A stretch of 64,000 nt of DNA from an uncultured delta proteobacterium (GTDB taxonomy: Bacteria > Desulfobacterota > Syntrophobacteria > BM002). Below are positions 8,843 to 18,926 of the stretch, piece after piece. Every line of letters begins with the position of its first letter. The stretch's first letter is position 1. The notes beneath the pieces are model-generated. The model ran no database searches. It had not been told where the DNA came from and saw only the letters and a list, made by a program, of their open reading frames with translations. Where the stretch lies: contig CAVQGX010000031.1 in assembly GCA_963712115.1 (NCBI GenBank), positions 64,001 to 128,000 of the forward strand, written 5' to 3'. Both the position numbers and the translations under genes were made by a program.

Positions 8843-11479
8843 TTAAACTGCCTCTAAAACTTCTTCGTTCCTTTGCTTCGGCAAAGAAACCTCGAACACA
8901 AGCCCCTGCTCGTCGGTGTTCACACTTACACTACTTCCATCCGGCACCTCTCCGGCCATGATCTTTTTCGCCAGTGGGGTCTCCACTATTTTCTGAATTA
9001 CCCGTTTAAGAGGTCTTGCTCCATATACCGGATCATAGCCTCTCTCGGCCAACAACCTCTTGGCCTCGTCGGAAAACTCCAGTTCAATTCTCCTGTCCGC
9101 CAACCGCCGTTTTAACCAGACCACCTGGATGTCTACGATTTGCGCCAGTTGCTCCTGAGTGAGGGAGTGGAATACCAGAATCTCGTCTACCCGGTTAAGA
9201 AATTCAGGGCGAAAATGCTGGCGCATGGCCTCAAGCACTCTCAACCGCATGCTTTCGTAACTCTCACCGGTGGTGTCAAGGATATATTGGCTGCCCACGT
9301 TAGAGGTCATAATGATAATGCAGTTTTTGAAATCCACGGTGCGGCCGTGGGAATCGGTTAGTCGACCATCATCCATTATCTGCAAAAAGATGCTGAACAC
9401 CTCGTGATGGGCCTTTTCGATCTCGTCGAAAAGGATGACCGAGTAAGGCTTGCGCCGCACCGCCTCTGTGAGTTGACCACCTTCTTCGTAGCCCACATAT
9501 CCCGGCGGAGCCCCAATGAGACGAGCAACGGTATGCTTTTCCATGTACTCGCTCATGTCAATCCGCACCATGTTATTTTCATCATCGAAAAGATTTTCGG
9601 CCAGAGCTCGAGCGAGCTCGGTCTTTCCCACTCCGGTGGGCCCAAGGAAGATAAAGCTGCCCACCGGACGATTGGGGTCTTTAATTCCGGCGCGAGAGCG
9701 CAGTACCGCCTCAGCCACTGCCTCTACTGCTTCATCCTGACCCACTACCCGCTTATGGAGATGCTCTTCTAGTTTCAGCAGCTTTTCCCGCTCTCCCTCC
9801 ACCAGCCTAGTTACCGGGATATGGGTCCAGCGCGAGACGATTTCCGCGATCTCGTCATCGGTAACCTCTTCCCGCAGCAGTCGGCCATTGCCCTGTTTGT
9901 TCGACAAGTTAGCCTCTTCTGCCTTAAGTTTTTGTTCCATTTCTGGAAGTCGGCCGTGTTTCAACTCGGCAGCCCGGTTTAGATCATATTTGCGCTCGGC
10001 CACCGAGATTTCATAACGCAGTTTCTCAATCTCCTCTCGCAAAACCTGGACCTTGTGGATGGCAGCCTTTTCCGCCTCCCATTGGGCCCTCATAGCATCG
10101 GCCTTGGACCGCTGATCAGCCAGTTCCTTACGCAGGGCTTTCAGCCGTTCCTGACTCGCTGTGTCTTTTTCCTTTTTCAGAGCCGCTTCCTCGATCTCCA
10201 GCTGCATTACCCGCCTGGTCACCTCATCCAGTTCCGTGGGCATGGAGTCCATCTCCGTACGAATGGTGGCGCAGGCCTCGTCCACCAAGTCAATGGCCTT
10301 ATCGGGCAAGAAGCGGTCACTAATGTAGCGGTTGGAAAGCACTGCAGCCGTCACCAAGGCACTGTCCTGAATTCTTACCCCGTGATGCACCTCGAATCTT
10401 TCTTTCAAACCCCTTAGAATGCTTATGGTATCTTCAACCGTGGGCTGATCTACCAGCACAGGCTGAAAGCGCCTCTCCAGGGCAGCATCCTTTTCGATAT
10501 ATTTCCGATACTCGTCCAGAGTAGTAGCGCCGACGCAATGAAGTTCACCCCTGGCAAGCATGGGTTTCAGCATATTGCCTGCATCCATAGAGCCTTCGGC
10601 TCGCCCAGCGCCGACAATATTGTGAAGCTCATCAATGAAGAGCAGAATGGAGCCCTCGCTCTCTTTGATTTCCTGCAATACCGCTTTGAGCCGTTCTTCA
10701 AATTCACCGCGATATTTAGCACCCGCAACCAGGGCACCCAGGTCGAGAGCAAAGATGGATTTGTCTTTGAGCCCTTCAGGCACATCGCCTTTCACTATCC
10801 GATGAGCCAGTCCCTCAACAATGGCGGTCTTGCCTACGCCGGGTTCACCGATGAGAACTGGGTTGTTCTTGGTCTTGCGGGATAGTATGCGAATGACTCG
10901 TCTAATTTCCCCATCGCGGCCGATTACCGGATCAAGCCGCCCTTTCTTCGCCTCCCTGACCAGATCTCGCCCGTAGCGCTCTAGAGCCTCATAGGTTGAC
11001 TCAGGCGTAGCACTGGTAACTCTTTGATGGCCCCGCAACTCGGTGAGTGCTTGCAGGAAGCGCTCAGTGGTGAGGTTGAAACTCTTTAAGATTCGCCCGG
11101 CCGCGGTGGCATTCCCTTCATTGATCAGGGGCAGAATAAGGTGTTCAACTGAAACATACTCATCCTTGAGTCTTTTTGCTTCCTCCTCGGCCTTCATCAA
11201 CAGACGGTTAAGTCGCTGGGTCACATAGATCTTTCCCGCCTCGGTCCCCGGACCTGTGACACTGGGCCGCTTCTGCACTTCTGCTTCCACTTCAGCCTTC
11301 AGGTTTTCAACCGGTACGCCCATCTTGTTGAAAAGACGAGGCACCAACCCCTCTGGCTGTTCTAGTAGAGCTAAAAGGAGGTGCTCACCATCAACCTCCT
11401 GATGACCGTAGCGTAAAGCCTTGGTTTGCGCATCATGAAGCGCTTCCTGCGATTTTTGGGTTAATTTGTTGGGGTCCAT
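8843..11479 (-). CDS. clpB: ATP-dependent chaperone ClpB
   Basis: Two AAA+ modules ([16 protein letters not shown]), coiled-coil middle domain, GARPLKR; 878 aa. Confidence 0.97.
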   Translation of the reverse strand: MDPNKLTQKSQEALHDAQTKALRYGHQEVDGEHLLLALLEQPEGLVPRLFNKMGVPVENLKAEVEAEVQKRPSVTGPGTEAGKIYVTQRLNRLLMKAEEEAKRLKDEYVSVEHLILPLINEGNATAAGRILKSFNLTTERFLQALTELRGHQRVTSATPESTYEALERYGRDLVREAKKGRLDPVIGRDGEIRRVIRILSRKTKNNPVLIGEPGVGKTAIVEGLAHRIVKGDVPEGLKDKSIFALDLGALVAGAKYRGEFEERLKAVLQEIKESEGSILLFIDELHNIVGAGRAEGSMDAGNMLKPMLARGELHCVGATTLDEYRKYIEKDAALERRFQPVLVDQPTVEDTISILRGLKERFEVHHGVRIQDSALVTAAVLSNRYISDRFLPDKAIDLVDEACATIRTEMDSMPTELDEVTRRVMQLEIEEAALKKEKDTASQERLKALRKELADQRSKADAMRAQWEAEKAAIHKVQVLREEIEKLRYEISVAERKYDLNRAAELKHGRLPEMEQKLKAEEANLSNKQGNGRLLREEVTDDEIAEIVSRWTHIPVTRLVEGEREKLLKLEEHLHKRVVGQDEAVEAVAEAVLRSRAGIKDPNRPVGSFIFLGPTGVGKTELARALAENLFDDENNMVRIDMSEYMEKHTVARLIGAPPGYVGYEEGGQLTEAVRRKPYSVILFDEIEKAHHEVFSIFLQIMDDGRLTDSHGRTVDFKNCIIIMTSNVGSQYILDTTGESYESMRLRVLEAMRQHFRPEFLNRVDEILVFHSLTQEQLAQIVDIQVVWLKRRLADRRIELEFSDEAKRLLAERGYDPVYGARPLKRVIQKIVETPLAKKIMAGEVPDGSSVSVNTDEQGLVFEVSLPKQRNEEVLEAV

Positions 11480-11717
11480 ATTCTAAGATTCCTCCTAAGA
11501 GTAAAGAATCAAGGCCCGGGGGACCGGGCTTTGAGCTGTCCCCCAGCGCAATTCCTTCCTTTATGCGTCAGTCTGCTGGGGTAATGGAGTGGTGGAGTAA
11601 TGGAGTAATGATAAAGAGTTATTCAAGTTGAAATTCGGGTTTTGGCTTTTTCCAACACTCCAGTACTCCAATGCTCCAGTACTCCAAAACAGCTCACAAT
11701 CTTTACCGCTAAGTTCG

Positions 11718-12044
11718 TCATAACTGCCTGCGAAGTCTGGCGATCTCTCGCTCCAGTTGGTCAATTTTATCTAACAGGTTTAAAACCACACCAATGCCAG
11801 CCCAATTAATACCGAGGTCTCGGCGCAATCGCATAATTCGCCAGATCCTGGGCACCGCAGTCTCGGGGAATAGTAACTGGGGCTCACGTTCCACCGGATC
11901 AATTAATCCCCAATCTATCAATTTGTCCACCATCTCCGGATGCAAACGGGCGAGCCGTGCTAAATCCCCTGCTGAAAGTAGCTCTTCCGATGCGGGCCGG
12001 CTTTCATATCGATAGTGCACAATCTGGTATCGAATGGTGCTCAT
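11718..12044 (-). CDS. cbpM: chaperone modulator CbpM (MerR-like)
   Basis: RLRRDLGINWAGI motif; directly after cbpA. Confidence 0.85.
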   Translation of the reverse strand: MSTIRYQIVHYRYESRPASEELLSAGDLARLARLHPEMVDKLIDWGLIDPVEREPQLLFPETAVPRIWRIMRLRRDLGINWAGIGVVLNLLDKIDQLEREIARLRRQL

Positions 12045-12058
12045 CTTCCCTATTTTCC

Positions 12059-13021
12059 CTATCCTTTCCGCGGATTAAAACTGGACACCTTGGCCATTTC
12101 CGCAAAAAGTTCCTTTTCTTTCGCAGTCAAATCTTTGGGCACAACAATTTTTAGCCGGGCAATAATGTCCCCCCGCTCACCACCTTTCTTGGGGAACCCT
12201 TTTCCGCTCAACCTTAGCTTCTGCCCGCTTTGGCTACCAGAGGGTATCTTGAGGTTTACCGTGCCGTCCATGATCACCACCTGCACCGTAGCACCTAGAG
12301 CCGCCTCCCAAGGGGCTACGGGTACCTCCACCTGGAGGTTGTGTCCGTCTATGGTAAAGCGTGGATGGGGCTCCATATGCACCTTGAGGTAGAGATCACC
12401 TGGAGGCCCGCCACCCATGCCCTCTCCGCCTTTGCCTGCCAAGCGGATGCGGGTGCCATCGGTGACTCCCGGCGGTATCTTAACTTGTATATTTTTGACC
12501 GTAGGACGCACCTGCCCTTGCGGATCTATCTCGTGTCCCTGCAAAGTTAAGGTTCTTTTGGCCCCATGATAGGCGCTTTCAAGGTCAATTTCGATCTCCG
12601 CCTCGTGGTCCTGTCCACGCATCACCCACGAACCTTGCCTCGCACTTGCACCACCTCCACCACCCATGCGTCCACCGAAGAGCATCTCGAAGAAGTCGCT
12701 GAAACCGCCACCGAAATCAAATGCTTCCGCGCCAGGCCCGGTAAACTCGAAGTGGACATTCTCCCAGCCGGGAGGTGGCTTGAAGTCCTGGCCCGCCTGC
12801 CACTCAGGGCCCAACTGGTCGTAGAGCTTTCGCTTCTCCAGGTCCTTTAGTACTTCGTTGGCCTCGTTGATCTGCTTGAATTTCTCCTCGGCCCCTTTGT
12901 CCTTGTTGACGTCAGGGTGGTATTTGCGGGCCAGCTTACGATAAGCTCGCTTTATCTCATCCTCGCTGGCATTACGTCCCACGCCAAGGATGTCATAGTA
13001 GTCTTGAAACTTAACTGACAT
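12059..13021 (-). CDS. cbpA: class B J-domain chaperone CbpA
   Basis: KYHPD J-domain, G/F-rich linker, no Zn finger, PWEAALG. Confidence 0.88.
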   Translation of the reverse strand: MSVKFQDYYDILGVGRNASEDEIKRAYRKLARKYHPDVNKDKGAEEKFKQINEANEVLKDLEKRKLYDQLGPEWQAGQDFKPPPGWENVHFEFTGPGAEAFDFGGGFSDFFEMLFGGRMGGGGGASARQGSWVMRGQDHEAEIEIDLESAYHGAKRTLTLQGHEIDPQGQVRPTVKNIQVKIPPGVTDGTRIRLAGKGGEGMGGGPPGDLYLKVHMEPHPRFTIDGHNLQVEVPVAPWEAALGATVQVVIMDGTVNLKIPSGSQSGQKLRLSGKGFPKKGGERGDIIARLKIVVPKDLTAKEKELFAEMAKVSSFNPRKG

Positions 13022-13543
13022 ATAACCTCACCTATTTGAGCATAGCAGACCTATGGAAGTAAGGGCAACACTACCAATTCGAAGCGCTTCTCCGCTGGCT
13101 GCTAACCGGCAAGATCAGCTGCCGCCCTTGCACATTTCTTCGGCAAATCACCAAAATACACTATGTAGTGTAATTTTTTCTTTTGATAAATAAAGTAAGA
13201 ATTCATGAGATATTTTCAAGTGGTTTTTGACAAAAAACCTGTATTTTATTTGACCTTATCAAACCTTATTTGTCACTCTTCTTTCTCTGACCACACCAAT
13301 GTTGTCAGGTCGGAGGTGGGTTCGTTTTACTTAACCCACCCCACGGCTCTAACCAGTCACCCTACAACCACCACCCTTTCATCTTTTCCCGTCGAGTGTT
13401 ATAGTAAAATCTAGTTGGTCGATAGGTTTTATTGGGCTGTCATTCCAGCGAATCTTGAGTAATAAGCTGCCGTTGACAATGGGCAATCTTTACTTAGTTT
13501 ATCTGTAAGCCTATTAATCGGATGCAAATAGGGAGGTATTTAA

Positions 13544-14056
13544 ATGTATTCAGAAACAGTCATGGATCATTTCAAGAATCCTAGAAACGTGGGCGAGATG
13601 AAGGATGCAGACGGGGTTGGAGAAGTTGGAAATCCAATTTGTGGCGATATGATGACCATTTACATCAAGGTCAAGGACGACTACATTGATGACATTAGTT
13701 TCCTCACCTTCGGCTGCGGTGCGGCCATTGCGGTCTCCAGCATTCTCACTGAGATGGCCAAGGGAAAAACCATTGATGAGGCCCAGAAGATCACCAACAA
13801 ATCGGTTGCCGCAGCCCTTGAAGGTCTTCCCAAAAACAAACTGCACTGCTCCAATCTAGGTGCCGATGCTCTCCAACTGGCTATCAGGGATTATTTGGAC
13901 AAAAAGGCAGGCATAGTCAGAGAAGGGCCCAAGAGAAGCGACAAGCATGAACACAGCCATGGAGACGTGTGCTACTGCCCCTACTGCGATGTGGAGACTG
14001 AGGATAAGGCGCCGGTTTGTGTCAACTGTGGTCGAGAATTAGACGAAGCACATTAG
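13544..14056 (+). CDS. iscU: Fe-S scaffold IscU with C-terminal His-rich/Zn-ribbon extension
   Basis: DHFKNPRNVG, NPICGD, FGCG, KLHCS; tail HEHSHG..CPYC..CVNC. Confidence 0.92.
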   Translation: MYSETVMDHFKNPRNVGEMKDADGVGEVGNPICGDMMTIYIKVKDDYIDDISFLTFGCGAAIAVSSILTEMAKGKTIDEAQKITNKSVAAALEGLPKNKLHCSNLGADALQLAIRDYLDKKAGIVREGPKRSDKHEHSHGDVCYCPYCDVETEDKAPVCVNCGRELDEAH

Positions 14057-14068
14057 GGAGGTTTTGCG

Positions 14069-15268
14069 GTGAGCATTATAAATTTAGACTACCTTGCGGC
14101 CAATCCGCTCCTGCCAGAAGTGCAGGAGGCCATGATAGATGCTATCAAGAAAAATTACGCCAATCCTTCCAGTCAACACCAGCTCGGTGATGAGGCTGTA
14201 GCTGCTTTGCAACTGGCCAGGGAACAGGTGGCCAGGCTGATTAATAGCCCGGTGGAAAAAGAAGTGGTTTTTACCTCAGGCGGCACAGAATCTGTTAATC
14301 ATGCGGTCAAAGGGGTAGCATTTGCCAATACAAACAAAGGAAAACACATAGTTACTTCAAACATCGAGCATAATGCGGCTCTGAGAACCCTTAGATCCCT
14401 TAAAATGATGGATTACCGAGTGACTTCGGTGCCGGTCGACCAATATGGGCGGATCAACCCGACTGATGTGGCTGATGCTATCAGGGATGATACGATCTTG
14501 GTTACCATCATGCACAGCAATAATGAGATCGGAACCATCCAACCCATTGAGGAGATCGCTGAGGTCACTAGAGCAAAAAAAGTTATCTTGCACTCTGATG
14601 CGGTGGATTCAGTGGGTGTCGTCCCAATGGACGTTCAGAAACTCGGGGTAGATCTACTCAGCTTTGCCGCCAACCAGTTTTACGGACCATCGGGAGTAGG
14701 TGGCCTATATATCCGGAGAGGCACCAGGATATGGCCTCTTTTGGATGGGGGTGTTCAGGAAAACAACAAGCGGGCCGGCACAGAAAATCTCATTGGTATC
14801 ATTGGCATGGGTGTCGCCGCCGAGTTGGCAAAACGAGAAATGGAGTTCCGGGTCAAACATGTAAAAAAGCTAAAAGATAGAATAATAGAGGGTTTGCAAG
14901 CACGAATTGAAGATATTTACATTAACGGACATCCAGAACTTTCGTTGCCCAATCTGGTTTCGGTGTCGGTTAAATACATCGAAGGAGAGGGAATCGTCCT
15001 GATGCTGGATGAAGAGAATATCGCCGCTTCAACCAAATCTGCCTGTGCCGCCGGGGCCCTGCAAGCCTCCCACGTCCTGCTCTCCATTGGTCGTGATTTT
15101 GCTGATGCCCAGGGTACGCTGGTGATTACCTTTGGCCGGGATACCACCGAGGCTGAGATTGACCGCTTCCTGGAGGTTCTGGAAGAGGTGGTTCAAACAC
15201 TGCGAAATATGTCTCCACTTTACATAAAAGCCAAGCAGGGAAAGGCTGAGGGGGCAACTGCGAGTTAG
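14069..15268 (+). CDS. IscS/NifS-like protein lacking the PLP-binding lysine
   Basis: FTSGGTES, NNEIGT, RAGTEN and SAC present, but the SxHK motif reads AANQ. Confidence 0.88.
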   Translation: MSIINLDYLAANPLLPEVQEAMIDAIKKNYANPSSQHQLGDEAVAALQLAREQVARLINSPVEKEVVFTSGGTESVNHAVKGVAFANTNKGKHIVTSNIEHNAALRTLRSLKMMDYRVTSVPVDQYGRINPTDVADAIRDDTILVTIMHSNNEIGTIQPIEEIAEVTRAKKVILHSDAVDSVGVVPMDVQKLGVDLLSFAANQFYGPSGVGGLYIRRGTRIWPLLDGGVQENNKRAGTENLIGIIGMGVAAELAKREMEFRVKHVKKLKDRIIEGLQARIEDIYINGHPELSLPNLVSVSVKYIEGEGIVLMLDEENIAASTKSACAAGALQASHVLLSIGRDFADAQGTLVITFGRDTTEAEIDRFLEVLEEVVQTLRNMSPLYIKAKQGKAEGATAS

Positions 15269-15344
15269 TTCCATTCATTGGCACCCCCCAAATCCACCGT
15301 CTAACTTAGTTATCAGGACTGAAATCAGCGGCCTATGGAGTATT

Positions 15345-15532
15345 CCTGATCACCAACAAGGTATTAGATGCAAGGCGCCGAGGAGGGACGACTGAGGCGT
15401 ATGGGGCAATACGCCGCAAGCATGCCCCCGCGCAGGCGGGGGGAGGAGCGATCGAAGGCAACACCGCCCTTCGACTTTGCTCAGGGCCGTGAGCCTGTCG
15501 AACGGCAGATGATGCCTTGCTGGTGGATCAGG
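15345..15532. mobile_element. MITE-like palindromic element with nested inserts
   Basis: Terminal IR cctgatcaccaacaagg / ccttgctggtggatcagg; internal gaggcgta...tacg, cccccgcgcaggcggggg and cttcgac...gtcgaa hairpins. Confidence 0.65.
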
Positions 15533-15600
15533 GACCCAATCCCTCATTTAATCATCCCGGAAACTATGGTATGCTAGTTGCAACTCTGGAGCACGTGGGT

Positions 15601-15843
15601 ATGGAAGAGTCCACTAAAAGGAAGATTGAAGAGATCATTGGCCAGATGAAGTGCCCGAAGGATTTCGTCTGCTATAAGTCCGGGTTAAAGACTCTTTGCA
15701 AAGCTGAAGACGTTGGCATGCAATCTTATCTAAAGTGCTTGGAGGAGAATCCAAGTGATTGCGTCTTCTCAATGGGCTATGCGGAATCACATTATTGCAC
15801 CTGCCCTCTCCGCTGCTACATTGCAAAGAAAGAAGGCAAGTGA
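15601..15843 (+). CDS. small Cys-rich hypothetical protein
   Basis: 80 aa, 8 Cys (CPKDFVC, LCK, KCLE, CVFS, CTCPLRC). Confidence 0.7.
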   Translation: MEESTKRKIEEIIGQMKCPKDFVCYKSGLKTLCKAEDVGMQSYLKCLEENPSDCVFSMGYAESHYCTCPLRCYIAKKEGK

Positions 15844-15920
15844 ACCAACTCCTCTCGCCAATACCAAACCTACAAACTTCCACCAATAGGCCAGCATAGA
15901 AGCAATAAGGAGTGATGTGA

Positions 15921-16898
15921 ATGCATACAAAAAGAGTTAGTTCATTTGTTTTTCTACTATTTTTTATGGCCCTGACAACCTTTGTATTGGCAGAAGAAAC
16001 GCAACCGCCAACAGACAAAGCGGCGGTGGTAAACGGCACAGTCATAACTCAGGCTGAGCTCGATTCTCAGATGAAAATAGTTATCGATCGGCTGAGAGCA
16101 TCAGGGCGTCTTCCTGATGTTTCACAGCTTGATCAAATCAGAAGTCAAGTCCTGGAGAATTTGATCGCTCGTGAGTTGCTCTACCAGGAAACCCAAAAGA
16201 AGGGGATCAAAATCTCTGAAGAGGAAGTAAATAAACAATTAATCAATGTGAAAGCCCAATTTCCAAATGAAGCAGAATTCAACAATGCCCTGATTAGGAT
16301 GAATCTGACCGAGGCCAGCATAAAAGAAAAACTCCAGCGTGACCTGGCCTTAAAAAAACTAATTGAGGATGAAGTTGCTCCTAAAGTCACGGTCTCGGAT
16401 AGTGATATTCTAGCTTTCTACGAGCACAATCCCGAAACCTTCAAGCAACCCGAACGGGTGAAGGCCAGTCACATTTTGATCAAAGTTGATCCCAAGGCAG
16501 ATGCATCGCACAAGGCTGAGGCACAGAAGAAGATCAACTTGGTACAAGCAAAGCTTCAAAAAGGTGAAGATTTTGGCGCTCTTGCCAAAGAATACTCTGA
16601 GGGTCCAACCGGCCCCAAGGGTGGTGATCTAGGATACTTTACCCGGGGGCAGATGGTAAAACCTTTTGAAGAAGCGGCTTTTGCTATGAAACCCGGTGAA
16701 GTGAGTGGTATGGTTGAGACCAGATTCGGATATCATCTCATCAAGGTTACAGATAAAACACCTGAAGGTACAATGTCTTACGACGATGTTAAAGAGAGGC
16801 TCGCGGAATTCTTGAAGCAGCAGAAGATCCAAGAAGAGATAAATGTTTACGTCAAGAGGTTAGAGGAAAAATCCAAGATAGAGAGATTTGTTCAGTAG
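15921..16898 (+). CDS. PrsA/SurA-type parvulin peptidyl-prolyl isomerase
   Basis: Signal peptide, SurA-like N domain, ASHILI, GGDLG, FEEAAF, FGYHLI. Confidence 0.92.
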   Translation: MHTKRVSSFVFLLFFMALTTFVLAEETQPPTDKAAVVNGTVITQAELDSQMKIVIDRLRASGRLPDVSQLDQIRSQVLENLIARELLYQETQKKGIKISEEEVNKQLINVKAQFPNEAEFNNALIRMNLTEASIKEKLQRDLALKKLIEDEVAPKVTVSDSDILAFYEHNPETFKQPERVKASHILIKVDPKADASHKAEAQKKINLVQAKLQKGEDFGALAKEYSEGPTGPKGGDLGYFTRGQMVKPFEEAAFAMKPGEVSGMVETRFGYHLIKVTDKTPEGTMSYDDVKERLAEFLKQQKIQEEINVYVKRLEEKSKIERFVQ

Positions 16899-16912
16899 TC
16901 CGAGATAAGGAT

Positions 16913-16998
16913 AAGGGGGACGTTCTTGTTTTTTTGCGTTTCTATTTTTCTCTCAGTCTCAACCTTTAGAAACGCAAAAAAACAAGAACGTCCCCCTT
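16913..16998. repeat. perfect 32-bp inverted repeat with 22-nt spacer
   Basis: aagggggacgttcttgtttttttgcgtttcta at 16913-16944 and its exact reverse complement at 16967-16998. Confidence 0.9.
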
Positions 16999-17016
16999 TT
17001 TTAAAAGGTTATCTTC

Positions 17017-17397
17017 ATGCAAAGCTATGTAAATCAAGGAGAGCAGCTTGTAGTTGCCCTTTACGTTCGGGATGTAAAAAAGTCCAGCGACTTCTACCGG
17101 AGCTACGGGTTCGAAGTGGTTAGGGACGAAGGAACCTTTATGGAACTCAAGTGGGAGGACGCTCGCTTGTTCCTGTCGGAAGTCCCGGGTACCCCTCTGC
17201 CACCGGCGAATCCCATCGGTAACCTGCGGGTTATGGTTCCCGATGTGGACGAATATTGGAACCTTGCCATTGAAAAGGAAGCAAAAATACTAAGCCCCAT
17301 AGAGGACCGTTATTATGGCTTGCGGGATTTCATCATTGCCGGACCGGACGGCCTCGCCCTGCGCTTTGCCACCTGGCTCAAGGATCTTGAGAGATAG
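17017..17397 (+). CDS. VOC/glyoxalase family protein
   Basis: LYVRDVKKSSDFY, PDVD, YYGLRDFIIAGPDG. Confidence 0.88.
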   Translation: MQSYVNQGEQLVVALYVRDVKKSSDFYRSYGFEVVRDEGTFMELKWEDARLFLSEVPGTPLPPANPIGNLRVMVPDVDEYWNLAIEKEAKILSPIEDRYYGLRDFIIAGPDGLALRFATWLKDLER

Positions 17398-17432
17398 AAG
17401 TAGAAACCGAAATTATTGGAGGGCAGTGAGAG

Positions 17433-18737
17433 CTAGGTAGTTTTTGGAGGATCACGCCAGATTTCCACCATGGTCAAATCGTCGTTAGCCGCGGCATTCC
17501 CACGCCAGGAATCTATTTTTTCCAAGAGACCTTCTGCCCAAGGAGGGCCTTTAGCTCCCGCTAAATAGTCAGTTAAACGGTCATTACCGAATAACTCATT
17601 TTCTTCATTTTCCGCCTCGGTGACTCCGTCTGTTATGAACAGAATCGATTCTCCGGGTGACAGGACAAACTCTGTTTTCTCGTACTCAGTTCCTAATTCC
17701 ACGCCCAACGGGATCCCGTTTGGTTTGGGAAGTTCCCGAAATCCATGGTTAATAACCCACAGCGGATGCGGATGCCCGGCCCGCGCAGTCTGCACTCTTC
17801 CGGCCCGGGGCCAATATTTGCTCAAAACTATGGTGGCGAAAAAACCCTCTTCAGACATGAGTTCATACATGGCATTGTTCACATTGGCCAGCAGTTTGTC
17901 CACCTCGCCGTGCAACGGTGCTTCACTGCGGATCTTGGCGGAAAGTGCCGCCATAATCAGCGCTGCAGGAAGTCCCTTGCCAGCGACATCAGCAACATAA
18001 ACCAGCCAACTCCCGTCGGGCATGGGGATTACATCGTATAAATCACCCCCAACAGAGGCCGCCGGCTGTGAGAAGGCCCAAACATGGCTGCCTTCTCCCA
18101 ACTCCGGAATTTTAGGCCAGAAAAGCTCCTGGATCTTAGCCGCAGCTTTTAGTTCAGCCTGAAACCTTTCCTGCTCTATCCGCTCTTCAACAAGCCTCGA
18201 GCGTGCTATGGCGACGGCGGCCAAGTCAGCAAAGCTTTCCAAAAGGGCGAGATCATCTGTTTCGAAGAAAGGTTTTTCCCTGGAGTTGAGAACATTGAGT
18301 ACACCCAGGAGCTCTTCCTGGTGACTGAGAGGTACGGAGAGCATTGTTCTGGTGACAAAACCGCTCTGCTTGTCTGCCCGCTTGGAGAACCTGGGGTCCC
18401 TTTGCGCATCCTTGACCATGACGGCCTTGCGGTTCTGGGCAACCCAGCCGGCTATTCCTTCGCCCATCTTTAGCTTTACAGAACTCTTGAGGACATCACC
18501 TGCCCTGTCTCCCATTACATCGTCTTTAATCGAGGCGAATTCCAGCAGGCGGCTCTCTGAATTGTAGAGCATTAGTGAGGAAGCTTCTGCATTGGTAACT
18601 TCCTTGGCGAGATCTATAAGCCTTGGAAAGAGTTCGTCAAGCGATTCCATTTCCGCCAGGGAGTGGTTTGCCTCGGTTAGCTTTCTAAGACGATGGGAAA
18701 CTGCTTCGATATAGGGCTCACATTCCGTGCGGTTCAT
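17433..18737 (-). CDS. GAF + SpoIIE (RsbU-like PP2C) phosphatase
   Basis: GEGIAGWVA GAF motif; VGGDLYD, ADVAGKG, TDGVTE, DDLT; start uncertain (18737 or 18785). Confidence 0.9.
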   Translation of the reverse strand: MNRTECEPYIEAVSHRLRKLTEANHSLAEMESLDELFPRLIDLAKEVTNAEASSLMLYNSESRLLEFASIKDDVMGDRAGDVLKSSVKLKMGEGIAGWVAQNRKAVMVKDAQRDPRFSKRADKQSGFVTRTMLSVPLSHQEELLGVLNVLNSREKPFFETDDLALLESFADLAAVAIARSRLVEERIEQERFQAELKAAAKIQELFWPKIPELGEGSHVWAFSQPAASVGGDLYDVIPMPDGSWLVYVADVAGKGLPAALIMAALSAKIRSEAPLHGEVDKLLANVNNAMYELMSEEGFFATIVLSKYWPRAGRVQTARAGHPHPLWVINHGFRELPKPNGIPLGVELGTEYEKTEFVLSPGESILFITDGVTEAENEENELFGNDRLTDYLAGAKGPPWAEGLLEKIDSWRGNAAANDDLTMVEIWRDPPKTT

Positions 18738-18926
18738 CACACAACCTTGATCCCCTAAAAATTCCAGGAATGAAATATCCTTCATTATTGCCTGTACAAC
18801 TAACCTAGCCGATAGTTTATAGTAACCATTAAACATAATAGATGCCACACCTTTTTGCTAGGATTTAGATTTCTCAAGATAAGATATGACAACGGATAGC
18901 AAAGGTTTTGTCGCAAGGAGTGAATC

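Noticed and set aside
13021-13200. CIRCE or HAIR heat-shock operator upstream of cbpA-cbpM-clpB
   Set aside because: Neither TTAGCACTC-N9-GAGTGCTAA nor CTTGAGT-N7-ACTCAAG is present.
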